A stretch of DNA of 64,000 nucleotides, from the NCBI RefSeq assembly GCF_044357595.1, contig NZ_JBIKPH010000001.1, forward strand, positions 29,863 to 93,862, in the 5' to 3' direction. The stretch comes from Sphingorhabdus sp. (GTDB taxonomy: Bacteria > Pseudomonadota > Alphaproteobacteria > Sphingomonadales > Sphingomonadaceae). A program made the position numbers and the translations under genes. Of this stretch, positions 17,395-26,902 are shown piece after piece; positions within the stretch are counted from its first letter, which is position 1, and every line of letters starts with the position of its first letter. The notes under the pieces are model-generated. The model saw nothing but the letters and a program-made list of their open reading frames with translations, was not told the origin of the DNA and did no database searches.

Positions 17395-17476
17395 TTGCAC
17401 TCTGCCTTCCCGGTTTTGCAGATGAATGGCAACGTGGCCGTGCACCCGTTTTTTGGTGCACGGTCTGTTGTACGTT

Positions 17477-18075
17477 TCAGCTATTCAAATAAACGTGCAG
17501 CACGCTGTGCATGTTCGATATGGCAACTTCTTGCACAGGGCTCGTCTGGCTTCCCGGGAAGCCAGCCTGCTTAATACCGCGCAGCACCTGCTCCATATTG
17601 AAAAGTCCTGCTCAAGGATTTCGCTAACCCCGCCAATCGCTCTCCAGCCACCCACGCTGTAGATTAGATTGTGGCTGATTAGTAGTTCGGCGACAGGCGT
17701 ATATTGCTCCAACGACCAGGCGTTAAACATGCACCAGTCGGGGTCCGTCCCATCGCCTCATGGGCGAGAGCGATAGGCCATCGTACCCGTGCCGCTTGGT
17801 AAGAAGATTAGGTTGGGGAATACATGCCAGCCAGCTCCCGCAACGGCGTGCTGCTCCAGAACCATTGGCGACCAAAAGGCGGCTGCGGCTCTGGCTGCTT
17901 CTTCTTGATACCACAACAACTTGACACCGAGATCCATAGGGCAATCGGATGCGGGAGCTTCTGTCATAAGGCGGATTGCAGCAGCGGCATCCTTTTCAGT
18001 TACGATAGCGTTCATGTAGTTACATATATTTGATCATGCTTGGCCGAGGATCATCTACCGCCGGAAGACTTCTGC
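17477..18075 (-). pseudogene. remnant of a Rieske ring-hydroxylating oxygenase alpha subunit (C-terminal catalytic part)
   Basis: WHVFPNLIFLP...AYRSRP*GDGTDPDWCMFNAWSL...ILEQDFS then a frameshift to NMEQVLRGIK...QEVAISNMHSVL. In-frame TGA at 17758-17760. No Rieske domain upstream; the 5' limit is approximate. Confidence 0.8.
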
Positions 18076-18171
18076 GCACTGAAACGACAATTGACGTTTT
18101 GACAAAATTAGTCTTGTTGTATTCTGGAGTCCAAGCCTGCCTGCGCTAGGCAACAAAATTTCGGATGCACG

Positions 18172-18723
18172 ATGTCAGACCAGAAACTAAAGCGGACAGT
18201 AATTGCAGCGGGTGAAGTTTTTCTCCGTTATGGATATGCTCGCACAACTATGGGCGACATAGCCAAGGCGGCAGGCATATCGCGACCGTCTTTGTATCTT
18301 CTGTTTCCTGGAAAGGAACAGGTTTTTGCTGCTGCAACATTGTTTCTGGCAAAGCAACGATTGGAAGAGATAAAAGCGGCAGTCTCGTCTTGTGAAGGAG
18401 TGGAAAAGAAGCTGACATTGGCGTGCGAGATGCTACTCGTAAATGTGTACGAGCTTCAAAGGGCTGCTCCTGATGCACGAGATATGGATGATCTTGCCTT
18501 TCCGGTAGTCCGAGAAATCTACGCCATGTTTGTCGATTTTTTTTCAATAATACTCGTTGAGGGAGGAGTGATAGGCACAGCCCCTGCGGTCGAAATTGCG
18601 CGGGTTATGCTTTACGGAGCGCGCGGATTGCGGAATGTAGCTCAAAGTTCGGGCGAGTTTGGCCGCATGATCCGGTTACACACGGCATTATTGTGCGGCA
18701 GTTTGATTAAAGTTGAACCCTAA
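18172..18723 (+). CDS. TetR/AcrR family regulator
   Basis: YGYARTTMGDIAKAAGISRPSLYLLFPGKE. Confidence 0.93.
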   Translation: MSDQKLKRTVIAAGEVFLRYGYARTTMGDIAKAAGISRPSLYLLFPGKEQVFAAATLFLAKQRLEEIKAAVSSCEGVEKKLTLACEMLLVNVYELQRAAPDARDMDDLAFPVVREIYAMFVDFFSIILVEGGVIGTAPAVEIARVMLYGARGLRNVAQSSGEFGRMIRLHTALLCGSLIKVEP

Positions 18724-19217
18724 TCCCACGGAGCCGATGATGCGACCTTGGATGACAGCGCGTCGGCCAAGGGGCGATAAGTTAGTTCGATAAAGTAGCC
18801 CAGCAAGTTTACCGTATCGAGATGAATGATAGCGGGGCTTCCATCCGGCTGGGTCTGGCTCTTGACTTCGAAAACAACCTCAAAATCTTCGGGCCGAATA
18901 CGGACATCGTCTACAGCAACACCGATATGAAACATTCCGGTGCCCTTTGTCCTTAGCCATTCCATCGCATTGGTTTCGCCGACGCACGGTTCGATCATCT
19001 CTAGATGAATTGCCCCCCATTGCGCGAAAGCATTATGGTTGGCGATGCGGCCCTCCCAGTCACGGTATCGTCCGATGTAATCGGTATCGAGCCGTTTCCA
19101 GTTCTTCAGGCCGAGTAAGCGGCTATAGTTATCTATGCCTTTTTCAAGATCTGGAACGACCACGCCAATCTGGTAGATTGATCCGTCAACGGGCAATGAG
19201 CCTGTGTTGATTAGCAT
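18720..19217 (-). CDS. VOC (glyoxalase / methylmalonyl-CoA epimerase-like) protein
   Basis: YQIGVVVPDL, HLEMIEP, GMFHIGVAVDD, GYFIEL. Confidence 0.85.
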   Translation of the reverse strand: MLINTGSLPVDGSIYQIGVVVPDLEKGIDNYSRLLGLKNWKRLDTDYIGRYRDWEGRIANHNAFAQWGAIHLEMIEPCVGETNAMEWLRTKGTGMFHIGVAVDDVRIRPEDFEVVFEVKSQTQPDGSPAIIHLDTVNLLGYFIELTYRPLADALSSKVASSAPWD

Positions 19218-19999
19218 TATGCCCTCTCAATCTTGTTGCCTGCTAAATAGTTTAGGACAAGACGGCCGCCATCCGCAAAGATGGTCTGTCCTGTGATATA
19301 AGCTGAATCTGGACCTGCGAGGAAAGCCGCGACGCCGGCGATATCCGAAGGTTCAGCGAGTCGACCGAGCGGTGTGCGGGATAGGATCATGCTCATCGTA
19401 TCGTCGGTAAAACCATCGGTCATCGGTGTGCGTGTAGGGCCCGGGCCGATCGCGTTCACACGAATCCCCTTGTCGGCCAGCGCCAAAGCTTGTGTTTTTG
19501 TGAGCATCGAAAGGGCGGCCTTGCTTACCATATAACCATAGGTTTCCGGCACAGCCAGGACAGCGCCGACTGACGAAATGTTGATGATGGAACCACCCCG
19601 ACCCGCCGCAAGCATCCGATTAGTGACAGCCTTGCCGACCAAGAAGGGGCCTATAAGGTTGACATCCAGTACCTTACGCAACGTATCTGCGCTTGATTCA
19701 TGGAACATTTCTGGCTTGTGACCCCGTCCCGCCGAACAGACTGCAATGTCGATTGGACCAAGTGACTGTTCGGTCTCTGAAACTGTCGACTCGACTTGCT
19801 CTTCGTTGGTCGTATCGCATTCGACGAAGATTACCTTGCCAGACCCTTTGGTAGTAATCTGCTTAGCCAATTGCGCGCCCTTTGAACGGGCGAGATCTGC
19901 AATAGCAACAGACGCCCCATCGGCGGCGAAGCGTTCAGCAATGGCCAAGCCAATCCCGCTGGCGCCTCCAGTAACATAAGCCACTTTTCCAAATAGCAT
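19217..19999 (-). CDS. short-chain dehydrogenase/reductase
   Basis: TGGASGIG, YMVSK, GIRVNAIGPG, ITGQTIFADGG. Confidence 0.93.
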   Translation of the reverse strand: MLFGKVAYVTGGASGIGLAIAERFAADGASVAIADLARSKGAQLAKQITTKGSGKVIFVECDTTNEEQVESTVSETEQSLGPIDIAVCSAGRGHKPEMFHESSADTLRKVLDVNLIGPFLVGKAVTNRMLAAGRGGSIINISSVGAVLAVPETYGYMVSKAALSMLTKTQALALADKGIRVNAIGPGPTRTPMTDGFTDDTMSMILSRTPLGRLAEPSDIAGVAAFLAGPDSAYITGQTIFADGGRLVLNYLAGNKIERA

Positions 20000-20110
20000 T
20001 GCTGCGCTCTCCTACTTTTGCAAACTCGTGAAATAGCCGACTGTTCATCCGACGAATATACCAAACCAGAATAGCAGACTACCCTTGTTTGAAGGCAAAT
20101 TTGTCAACCC

Positions 20111-20944
20111 TCAAGAGGGCGGTCGAACCCTTAATGCCATCGACTGGCTTGCGACCGCCAACAAGCTTCCGCTCTCGGAGTAGATGTGCGTGTTGATGTG
20201 CGTAATCCCCCGATAAACCGAGGCTACCTGCGTGCAGGACAGCACCCATTCTCCGTCTGGTTCTGCGATGAATCGTATCATATTGTCCAGGCTGTTGCCG
20301 CTAGCAGGTTTGCCAAGTGCGCTTGGTAGCGCCATCGCTGCCAAATCCGCAATCACGGACAAATCCAACTTCGACAAGGTCAAGGCTGATCGCTTTCGTA
20401 TCCAGAAAGCGGTGTCCAGACCAACCTCTCCTTTCCAGTCCCGCCGGTCGGGCATTTGCCCTTTGGCCATACGGAATTCAAAAAGATCATTTAGGTTGCT
20501 CGAAATCTGCCGAGCTACGGATCGTTCCACACAGTGATCGACAGGCGGCACAATTGGCGCATGACTACCTTGATGCACCGTCGGATCCGAACGATCACCT
20601 GCTGCGCCCATGAGTGTGGCAAAGGGCTTGCCGCCAATGCTAGCCGACAATCTGCATTGTTTGATACTGTTCCCACCGGAAACATTTTCAAGAGTAAAAC
20701 GGATTGTTTCACCGCTCCTTCCCATGCTGACAAACTGGATCGTTGCGTAGATCGCGGGTAGCCCTGTCAGGCGCTCCATGGCTGCAATGCAGGCGGCAAA
20801 ACCACTTCCGCCATATAGGAACGGATCAGTTGTTCCACCGACGCAGAGATGTTCTGGAATTACGGCTTGAAGATCTTCTTTGCCATCATCCTGTTCAAGT
20901 TGCGGAAAGGTTATTGTTTTGGTCATCGGGTCCGCTTTGTTCAA
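20111..20944 (-). CDS. TesB-like double-hotdog acyl-CoA thioesterase
   Basis: FLYGGSG, ATIQFVS, NSLDNMIRF, GSLLAVASQS; start may be ATG 20926. Confidence 0.85.
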   Translation of the reverse strand: MNKADPMTKTITFPQLEQDDGKEDLQAVIPEHLCVGGTTDPFLYGGSGFAACIAAMERLTGLPAIYATIQFVSMGRSGETIRFTLENVSGGNSIKQCRLSASIGGKPFATLMGAAGDRSDPTVHQGSHAPIVPPVDHCVERSVARQISSNLNDLFEFRMAKGQMPDRRDWKGEVGLDTAFWIRKRSALTLSKLDLSVIADLAAMALPSALGKPASGNSLDNMIRFIAEPDGEWVLSCTQVASVYRGITHINTHIYSESGSLLAVASQSMALRVRPPS

Positions 20945-21777
20945 CCTTGCGCCGAGGCTTCCTGTGTAACGCTTTCATATGCGGCCAGTGGTCCAACAAT
21001 TGTTACGCCGCCATCAACGGGCAAAGTTATGCCGGTGATAAAACGGCTTTCTGGTCCCGCGAGGAAAAGCGCGGCTTGCGCGATATCCCATGCATCGCCT
21101 TCGACACCGATTGGAGCAATGGCACTACGAACTCGTCGGCCCTCGCCCTTGACATAGGCTTCGACCATCGGCGTCAGAATGTGGCCTGGTGCAACACAGT
21201 TAGCGCGGATGCCATCGCGACCGTACATCACTGCCAGCTCAGCGGTCAGTTGGATGACTGCAGCTTTGCTTGGGCCATATGCTGAGTTGCCATGCGCCAA
21301 TATCCCGGCAACAGATGCAATGTTGATGATCGATCTGCCATTGCCTTTAAGAAGCGCAGGCATCGCCTCACGGCACATATTTATTACCGTGCCAAGGTTG
21401 ACGGACAGCACCTTGTCAATATCGGCAGAGGGCACCAAGTGCAACTGACCGGCCCCGGCGCCAATACCGATGTTATTGACGAGTGTATCTAGTCCGCCTA
21501 GCCATTGAAGCGCCTCTTTTGTCATTCGCTGCGCGTCTTGCGGATCAGCGACATTCCCGGTGAAAACACGGGCTTCGCCATTCATGCCGGTGATAAGGTC
21601 GAGAGTGGTTTGAGCGCGGGCTTCATCCAAATCGAACAGGGCAACCTTTGCACCCTCGGCGGCGAAGAGTGTGGCGATTGCTTTGCCAGTGCCTACGCCT
21701 TCACCAAGAGTTCCCGCGCCGGTGACGATTGCGCGCCAGCCGCGCATACGTCCGTGAAATGTCTGAGGCTGAGGCAT
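20941..21777 (-). CDS. short-chain dehydrogenase/reductase
   Basis: TGAGTLGEGVGTG, YGPSK, GIRANCVAPG, LPVDGG. Confidence 0.93.
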   Translation of the reverse strand: MPQPQTFHGRMRGWRAIVTGAGTLGEGVGTGKAIATLFAAEGAKVALFDLDEARAQTTLDLITGMNGEARVFTGNVADPQDAQRMTKEALQWLGGLDTLVNNIGIGAGAGQLHLVPSADIDKVLSVNLGTVINMCREAMPALLKGNGRSIINIASVAGILAHGNSAYGPSKAAVIQLTAELAVMYGRDGIRANCVAPGHILTPMVEAYVKGEGRRVRSAIAPIGVEGDAWDIAQAALFLAGPESRFITGITLPVDGGVTIVGPLAAYESVTQEASAQG

Positions 21778-21816
21778 TGTATTCTCCTACGCTGATTAAT
21801 TATTTGCTTCAAATCG

Positions 21817-23430
21817 TCAGTCTGAACCAACAATGATTTCGCGCAGTTTTGGTTTGATCACCTTGCCCATGGCGTTGCGGGGAAGGCTTTCCATAAAGCG
21901 CCATTCGTCAGGCATTTTATAGCGGACTAGCTTTTCTGAGCACAAAGCCCGCAGTTCGTTCTGAAGATCGTCGACATTAATGTTTCCTGTAGCGGGTTGA
22001 ATACAAGCCACGGTCAACATGCCCATCCGAATGTCGGGTTTGCCCACAATCGCGCAATCTGCGACACCATCGTGAGTGTGCAAAACGCGTTCAATCTCTG
22101 CCGGATAAACATTAGAACCTCCTCGCAAGATAAGTTCCGAGCTACGATCGGCAATGCTCAGCCATCCATTATCATCCAGCTTGCCATGGTCGCCGGAATG
22201 AACGACGCCTCCGCGTAAAAGAGCCGTGGTCTTCTCGGAATCACGCCAGTAGCCAAGCGGTGGCGTATAGACATTCGCCCATGGCCCGGTGGATACTGCA
22301 CCGAAACAGACTTCACCCACTTCACCTGTTGGCAGGATGTTTCCTTCTTCATTGCGAATGGAAATTTCTAGATGAGGTAACGCCCTTCCGCTTGCTCCTT
22401 CCGGCGCAACCTCGTCCATTGGGTGGGCTACAACTGTGGGAGCTTCAGTCAGTCCGTAACTCGTCATGATATGATAGCCATATCGCTTAAAAAACGCCTC
22501 GCGCAGGACATGAGGGAGGGGCGCGCCACCACAACCCAGCCTTAGGTTCTCGGGCAGATCCCGATCCGATTGTAACAAATCATAAACCATAGTTGGTACC
22601 AAAGCGATCTGCTCAATATTTTTAGCGAAGAACCAGTCGATTAAGGGATCAACTTTGGGCGACACACCAAACAGAAACGGCTTGTTTACAAGATATGCCG
22701 AAATAGGACCAAGGATCATCACATTAGTTATGGTTAATGGCAGGCAAGAACCTCGCCTCGCGTCAGGCTGCATAAGGCCATGTGCAAATGTGGCAGCTGG
22801 GTACGTGACCATGTTATGCTGGCTATGCACGACGCCTTTGGGAACCCCAGTAGTGCCACTCGTATACATGATAGCTGCGGGTGCGAACGGGTCTATCCCC
22901 GGTCTCAGAGCATTTTCGTTCGGATTACCTCTCGATACATCTGCCCAACCGCCGTTGCGATCATCTGTGTCCAGGTACCATATTGCTTCCAGCGACGGGA
23001 TTTGCGCTTTTATACTTTCGACTTGGTCTTGAAGCGATGTATCGGTGAGCAACAATTTGGTGCCGCTATGGTCGAGAATATAGCGCTTATCGTCGAGCGG
23101 CAGGATTTTGTTGATCCCGACCCAAACAGCCCCAAGACGCATGGTAGCGAAAAACGCTATAATCAAACCTGCTTCGTTGCCCAGTGAAGCGGCAACGCGG
23201 TCACCGCTTTGAATGCCTGCTGCACTCAAAAGTGACGTTGCGGACACTACAGCGTTATTAAGTTGTCTAAATGTATAGTTTAATTGTCCGTCATCGAGAG
23301 CTTCATCATCAGGGCACAATTTAGCAGCTCGCTCGATCAAGGACGCAACGTCCCGGGGCGCACCGGGAGGGTCGATTCGCGATAGCGGCGCCTGGAGACC
23401 AAGCGCGGCATACTCATTATCTGTCATCAC
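21817..23430 (-). CDS. acyl-CoA synthetase (AMP-binding)
   Basis: YTSGTTGVPKG, SYGLTE, SGD, RGGSNVYPAEIE, LPRNAMGKV. Confidence 0.93.
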   Translation of the reverse strand: MMTDNEYAALGLQAPLSRIDPPGAPRDVASLIERAAKLCPDDEALDDGQLNYTFRQLNNAVVSATSLLSAAGIQSGDRVAASLGNEAGLIIAFFATMRLGAVWVGINKILPLDDKRYILDHSGTKLLLTDTSLQDQVESIKAQIPSLEAIWYLDTDDRNGGWADVSRGNPNENALRPGIDPFAPAAIMYTSGTTGVPKGVVHSQHNMVTYPAATFAHGLMQPDARRGSCLPLTITNVMILGPISAYLVNKPFLFGVSPKVDPLIDWFFAKNIEQIALVPTMVYDLLQSDRDLPENLRLGCGGAPLPHVLREAFFKRYGYHIMTSYGLTEAPTVVAHPMDEVAPEGASGRALPHLEISIRNEEGNILPTGEVGEVCFGAVSTGPWANVYTPPLGYWRDSEKTTALLRGGVVHSGDHGKLDDNGWLSIADRSSELILRGGSNVYPAEIERVLHTHDGVADCAIVGKPDIRMGMLTVACIQPATGNINVDDLQNELRALCSEKLVRYKMPDEWRFMESLPRNAMGKVIKPKLREIIVGSD

Positions 23431-23553
23431 TCTCCCGGATCCTTGTCATCTTCGTTTGAATTTAAAGTGTATATGATTATGATGTATGTACGCAAGTGTT
23501 GCAAGCGCAGCTGCGCAAAAGGTAAAACTATGACGACTGTTGAAAGGAAGACA

Positions 23554-24267
23554 ATGACTGAACCAAAATTTGAGGACCAATTTGCTCCATTTGGTTCGAT
23601 TGAAAGCGTGGCTTTAACCAATTTCCAAAAAGTCGTGGCGCGCCGTTTGACGAAAAGCTGGACGGAGATACCCCACGTCACGCATAATGATGACGTAGAT
23701 GTCACGGCGTTAGAGGTATTTCGAAAGTCACTTGCGAAAGATGTCAAACTCTCGCCACTGATATTCCTTGCCAAAGCGTTGGCGATAGCGCTGGGTGAAT
23801 TCCCGTCCTTTAACTCTTCCTTAGCGGATGACGGCAAGACGCTGGTGCTCAAAAAATATTTTAATATCGGAATAGCTGTAGATGGGCCACTGGGTCTTTT
23901 GGTGCCAGTGTTGCGCGATGTGGACACGAAAGACTTGCAATCGTTAAGTGCTGAATTGGCTGAATTGAGCGCACTTGCGCGCGACAAGGGGTTGCCCATG
24001 AGCGCGATGACCGGCGGCTGTATGACTATCTCATCGCTGGGCGGGATTGGCGGAACCGGGTTCACGCCGATAGTTAATCAACCTGAAGTTGCAATTCTTG
24101 GAGTTACGAAATCGCGCATAATGCCTGTTTGGGATGGCGCTGCCTTCCAACCGCGGCTAATGATGCCGCTATCACTTAGTTATGATCATCGCGTGATTAA
24201 CGGCGCCGACGCTGCACGTTTCGTTCGTCGTCTCGAAGCGCTCCTAAATGATCCGGCTGCGTTGTAA
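23554..24267 (+). CDS. stand-alone catalytic domain of 2-oxoacid dehydrogenase E2 acyltransferase
   Basis: IPHVTH, NIGIAVD, TISSLGGIGG, FTPIVNQPEVAILG, LSLSYDHRVINGADAARF; no lipoyl domain. Start taken at ATG 23554 after AAGGAAG. Confidence 0.85.
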   Translation: MTEPKFEDQFAPFGSIESVALTNFQKVVARRLTKSWTEIPHVTHNDDVDVTALEVFRKSLAKDVKLSPLIFLAKALAIALGEFPSFNSSLADDGKTLVLKKYFNIGIAVDGPLGLLVPVLRDVDTKDLQSLSAELAELSALARDKGLPMSAMTGGCMTISSLGGIGGTGFTPIVNQPEVAILGVTKSRIMPVWDGAAFQPRLMMPLSLSYDHRVINGADAARFVRRLEALLNDPAAL

Positions 24268-24293
24268 ATACACACTTCAATCCGGAATTTAAA

Positions 24294-25094
24294 ATGTTTG
24301 AGTTAAACGCGACACATAACCCGCACCGTTGGTATATTCGGGTTGAGCGCAATTTGTGCACCGGCCCATCTGATAGGCAATTTTTGTTTGGCGGCGTTGG
24401 TATGGCCGCGTCGATCCAAGCTATGGAGCAAACATGCGAGCGCCCTGTTATTTGGGCAACTGCGCAATATTTGTCCTTCGCTCGTCCGGGCAAGATTGTT
24501 GATCTGGACGTAGTTGTTCCTGTCGCTGGTCGAATGACAACACAGGCCAATGTCCTGCTCCATATTGACGATCAGAAAATCATTACCGTTAATGCTGCAT
24601 TAGGCGCGAGAGATGCTCCGGAATTAGATCAATGGGTGCATATGCCGGTTGTTAATCAGCCGGATGATTGCCCAGAGGCCAATTATTGGCGTGGTGACGG
24701 CTCAGGCTTGAACGCACGTCTGGAAATCCGCGTTGCGAAAGGGCATTTTCATGGCGATAAAACGATCAACGAGCGAAGCGATGGGCGATTGGTTTTTTGG
24801 CTCCGTTCGCGCGAAGGGCATGAGGCTGATGCCCGTATGCTGGCTATTGCCGCTGATTACGTCGCTTCGGGGATTGCCAGCGCGACCGGACTTCACGCGG
24901 GTGGTAACAGTCTAGACAATACGATCCGTTACGGCCGCATCGTCCCGTGCGAATGGATATTATGCGACGTTCAGATCGAAGCACTCGTGCGGGGTATCGT
25001 GCATGGCCGCATGCGCCTCTACTCGCCCGATGGGGTCTTGATGGCCACCGCCAGCCAATCGATGATTATGCGGGTTCATCCCAAGCCTGAGTGA
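24294..25094 (+). CDS. TesB-like double-hotdog acyl-CoA thioesterase
   Basis: FLFGGVG, WATAQYLS, NSLDNTIRY, MATASQS; paralog of 20111..20944. Confidence 0.85.
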   Translation: MFELNATHNPHRWYIRVERNLCTGPSDRQFLFGGVGMAASIQAMEQTCERPVIWATAQYLSFARPGKIVDLDVVVPVAGRMTTQANVLLHIDDQKIITVNAALGARDAPELDQWVHMPVVNQPDDCPEANYWRGDGSGLNARLEIRVAKGHFHGDKTINERSDGRLVFWLRSREGHEADARMLAIAADYVASGIASATGLHAGGNSLDNTIRYGRIVPCEWILCDVQIEALVRGIVHGRMRLYSPDGVLMATASQSMIMRVHPKPE

Positions 25095-25112
25095 GTGCGC
25101 ATCTGATCACAT

Positions 25113-26402
25113 TCACCACTTTTTGCGGAATTGTGCTCCCCTGAAACGTTCTAGAAGCCGGTGCTTGCGTTCATCCTCGTCGATGACTTTCGTGTCGGCA
25201 GGCAGATGATCTTTCAAATCGCGCAGATTGATTCGCTTCACATTGGGTATCGGCGCTGATGAAGCTTCGAACCAGCGGCCCTGAATAACCCCCTTAAACC
25301 GTCCCGCCGTATCGAGCCAGTTAGGCACACCAGGGTCGGTATCACAGATGACTGCCCGGAATTTTCCGTCACTATCCAGAGTGGCCTGATGACCATTTAA
25401 GCTAGACTGACATTTTTCCCATTCGATGGTGTTGAACAACTGGTCTGCGAGCAGGATCGACCAGTACCGCACTTCATCGGGCACATCGGTCTCAATCAAC
25501 AGGCATTCTCCGTCGTGGAATTCAAACAAGCCTTCATAATAAGTTTGCTTGGCTAGTCCGCCAATGTTGGCCCAATCGTTAAGCGCTACGGTATTCACTG
25601 GATTCTGCTTTAAGCTTTTAACAAAATGGACGAATAACTTTGCATAACGCTCTGGAAAACCTGCTAATCTTTCCATACGATACGCGATTTCTTCCATCGG
25701 CCAACGACGATAGGTTGCAGGGCCGTCCAGACGTTCGATGGCAATAGTGCTATCCACTTCATTCAGCCAGTCATAGCTTGCCTCGCGAATACCGATTGTC
25801 CGGGCACGTGGGTCCAATTTGTAAAAATCCCCTTTGTACCCAGCTGGGCGTTCCGCCGACAGAATGATCGAGAATTCGCCTTTTGGATCAATTGTAAGGC
25901 TGTCCAGATCAATGTCACCGACGCTTGGGCCCGGTACATCGTCCACCCCGATGTAGCCCGACCCAACGCCGATATGGACAAAAAGCGTTGTGCCGCGTTT
26001 GCCCGACAATCGATAGGTGCCAGAGCCTTCGACAAAGGCGCTTCGGTACATATAGTCTGGATTGGGTGCGGCAGATTTGAATACTGGGTTCAGGAAAGAG
26101 TAGAACACCGGATGCTGAGGGTCCGAATGGAAGATTGCGGTATAGCCTTGTGCGAGGCTCATTGCCATTTGCTGAATGGCCTCTTGTTTCAGCCAAGCAT
26201 CATCGGGGTCGATGACGTGCTCCAGTGTTTTGTCGATACCACGGATCAGATCAATAAAATGTTCCCATTCCATGGGGACTGCGGGGCCGGTTGACATATT
26301 AGCTTCCTTTGCAATGGCATCGAACGGAAATAAAAGATGAGCTGCGGGCAGGGCAGCTGCCCCACGAATAAAGTAACGGCGATTGGCTTCTGTCCAATCC
26401 AT
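25113..26402 (-). CDS. DUF1214-type protein with possible Tat signal
   Basis: PNPDYMYRSA, GTYRLSGKRG, YWSILL, DSDGKFRAVI, DPGVPNWLDTAG; N-terminal RRYFIRG. Confidence 0.7.
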   Translation of the reverse strand: MDWTEANRRYFIRGAAALPAAHLLFPFDAIAKEANMSTGPAVPMEWEHFIDLIRGIDKTLEHVIDPDDAWLKQEAIQQMAMSLAQGYTAIFHSDPQHPVFYSFLNPVFKSAAPNPDYMYRSAFVEGSGTYRLSGKRGTTLFVHIGVGSGYIGVDDVPGPSVGDIDLDSLTIDPKGEFSIILSAERPAGYKGDFYKLDPRARTIGIREASYDWLNEVDSTIAIERLDGPATYRRWPMEEIAYRMERLAGFPERYAKLFVHFVKSLKQNPVNTVALNDWANIGGLAKQTYYEGLFEFHDGECLLIETDVPDEVRYWSILLADQLFNTIEWEKCQSSLNGHQATLDSDGKFRAVICDTDPGVPNWLDTAGRFKGVIQGRWFEASSAPIPNVKRINLRDLKDHLPADTKVIDEDERKHRLLERFRGAQFRKKW

Positions 26403-26409
26403 CGTTGCT

Positions 26410-26889
26410 CTAGTTGACCGGAATTCGATCGAAAAAGCTTTTGCCTTCCGCTTTTAGGTGGATAAGTTCGTAAAAATGGCCCATTTCAAGCGTTGTGTCA
26501 GCGTACGCAAAATCGAGCACATCTCCAAAGCTGCCTTCTGAAACAATGGGCTGACCGTTACCGATCAACTGCTGCTTATGCTCCGTCATTTGCGCATCGC
26601 TGTCGACGAGAAAACCCAAATGATGCAGTCGAAAAGTTGCGTTAGATTGCTTTTGCCAGCCGGTATAAATTGAGGTCACATTTTCATCGGGCTGCATTAA
26701 CTCAATCATCATGTCGCCCACCCACGCATTGGCAATAAACATTAACGGCTGGCCGGGCCCCACCAGCGCGACCATGTCCATGATGTCCCAATGCTTTATG
26801 CCATAATTTGCTGCCAAAACGGCTGCCGACTGCTTAACATCGTCAACCACATATGCAGTTTGAAAATGGCGTTTGAACAAAATCGTCAT
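26410..26889 (-). CDS. VOC family protein
   Basis: FQTAYVVDD, MIELMQP, LHHLGF, YADT...GHFYEL; start taken at ATG 26889. Confidence 0.85.
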   Translation of the reverse strand: MTILFKRHFQTAYVVDDVKQSAAVLAANYGIKHWDIMDMVALVGPGQPLMFIANAWVGDMMIELMQPDENVTSIYTGWQKQSNATFRLHHLGFLVDSDAQMTEHKQQLIGNGQPIVSEGSFGDVLDFAYADTTLEMGHFYELIHLKAEGKSFFDRIPVN

Positions 26890-26902
26890 AGACCTAATCT
26901 CC

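Noticed and set aside
17758-17760. In-frame TGA as selenocysteine or readthrough
   Set aside because: The same gene also has a frameshift and a missing N-terminus, so decay is the simpler explanation.
23460-23500. AAGTGTATA motif, also seen as TATACACTT near 34415
   Set aside because: Short and AT-rich with no clear dyad symmetry; could be chance or a promoter element.
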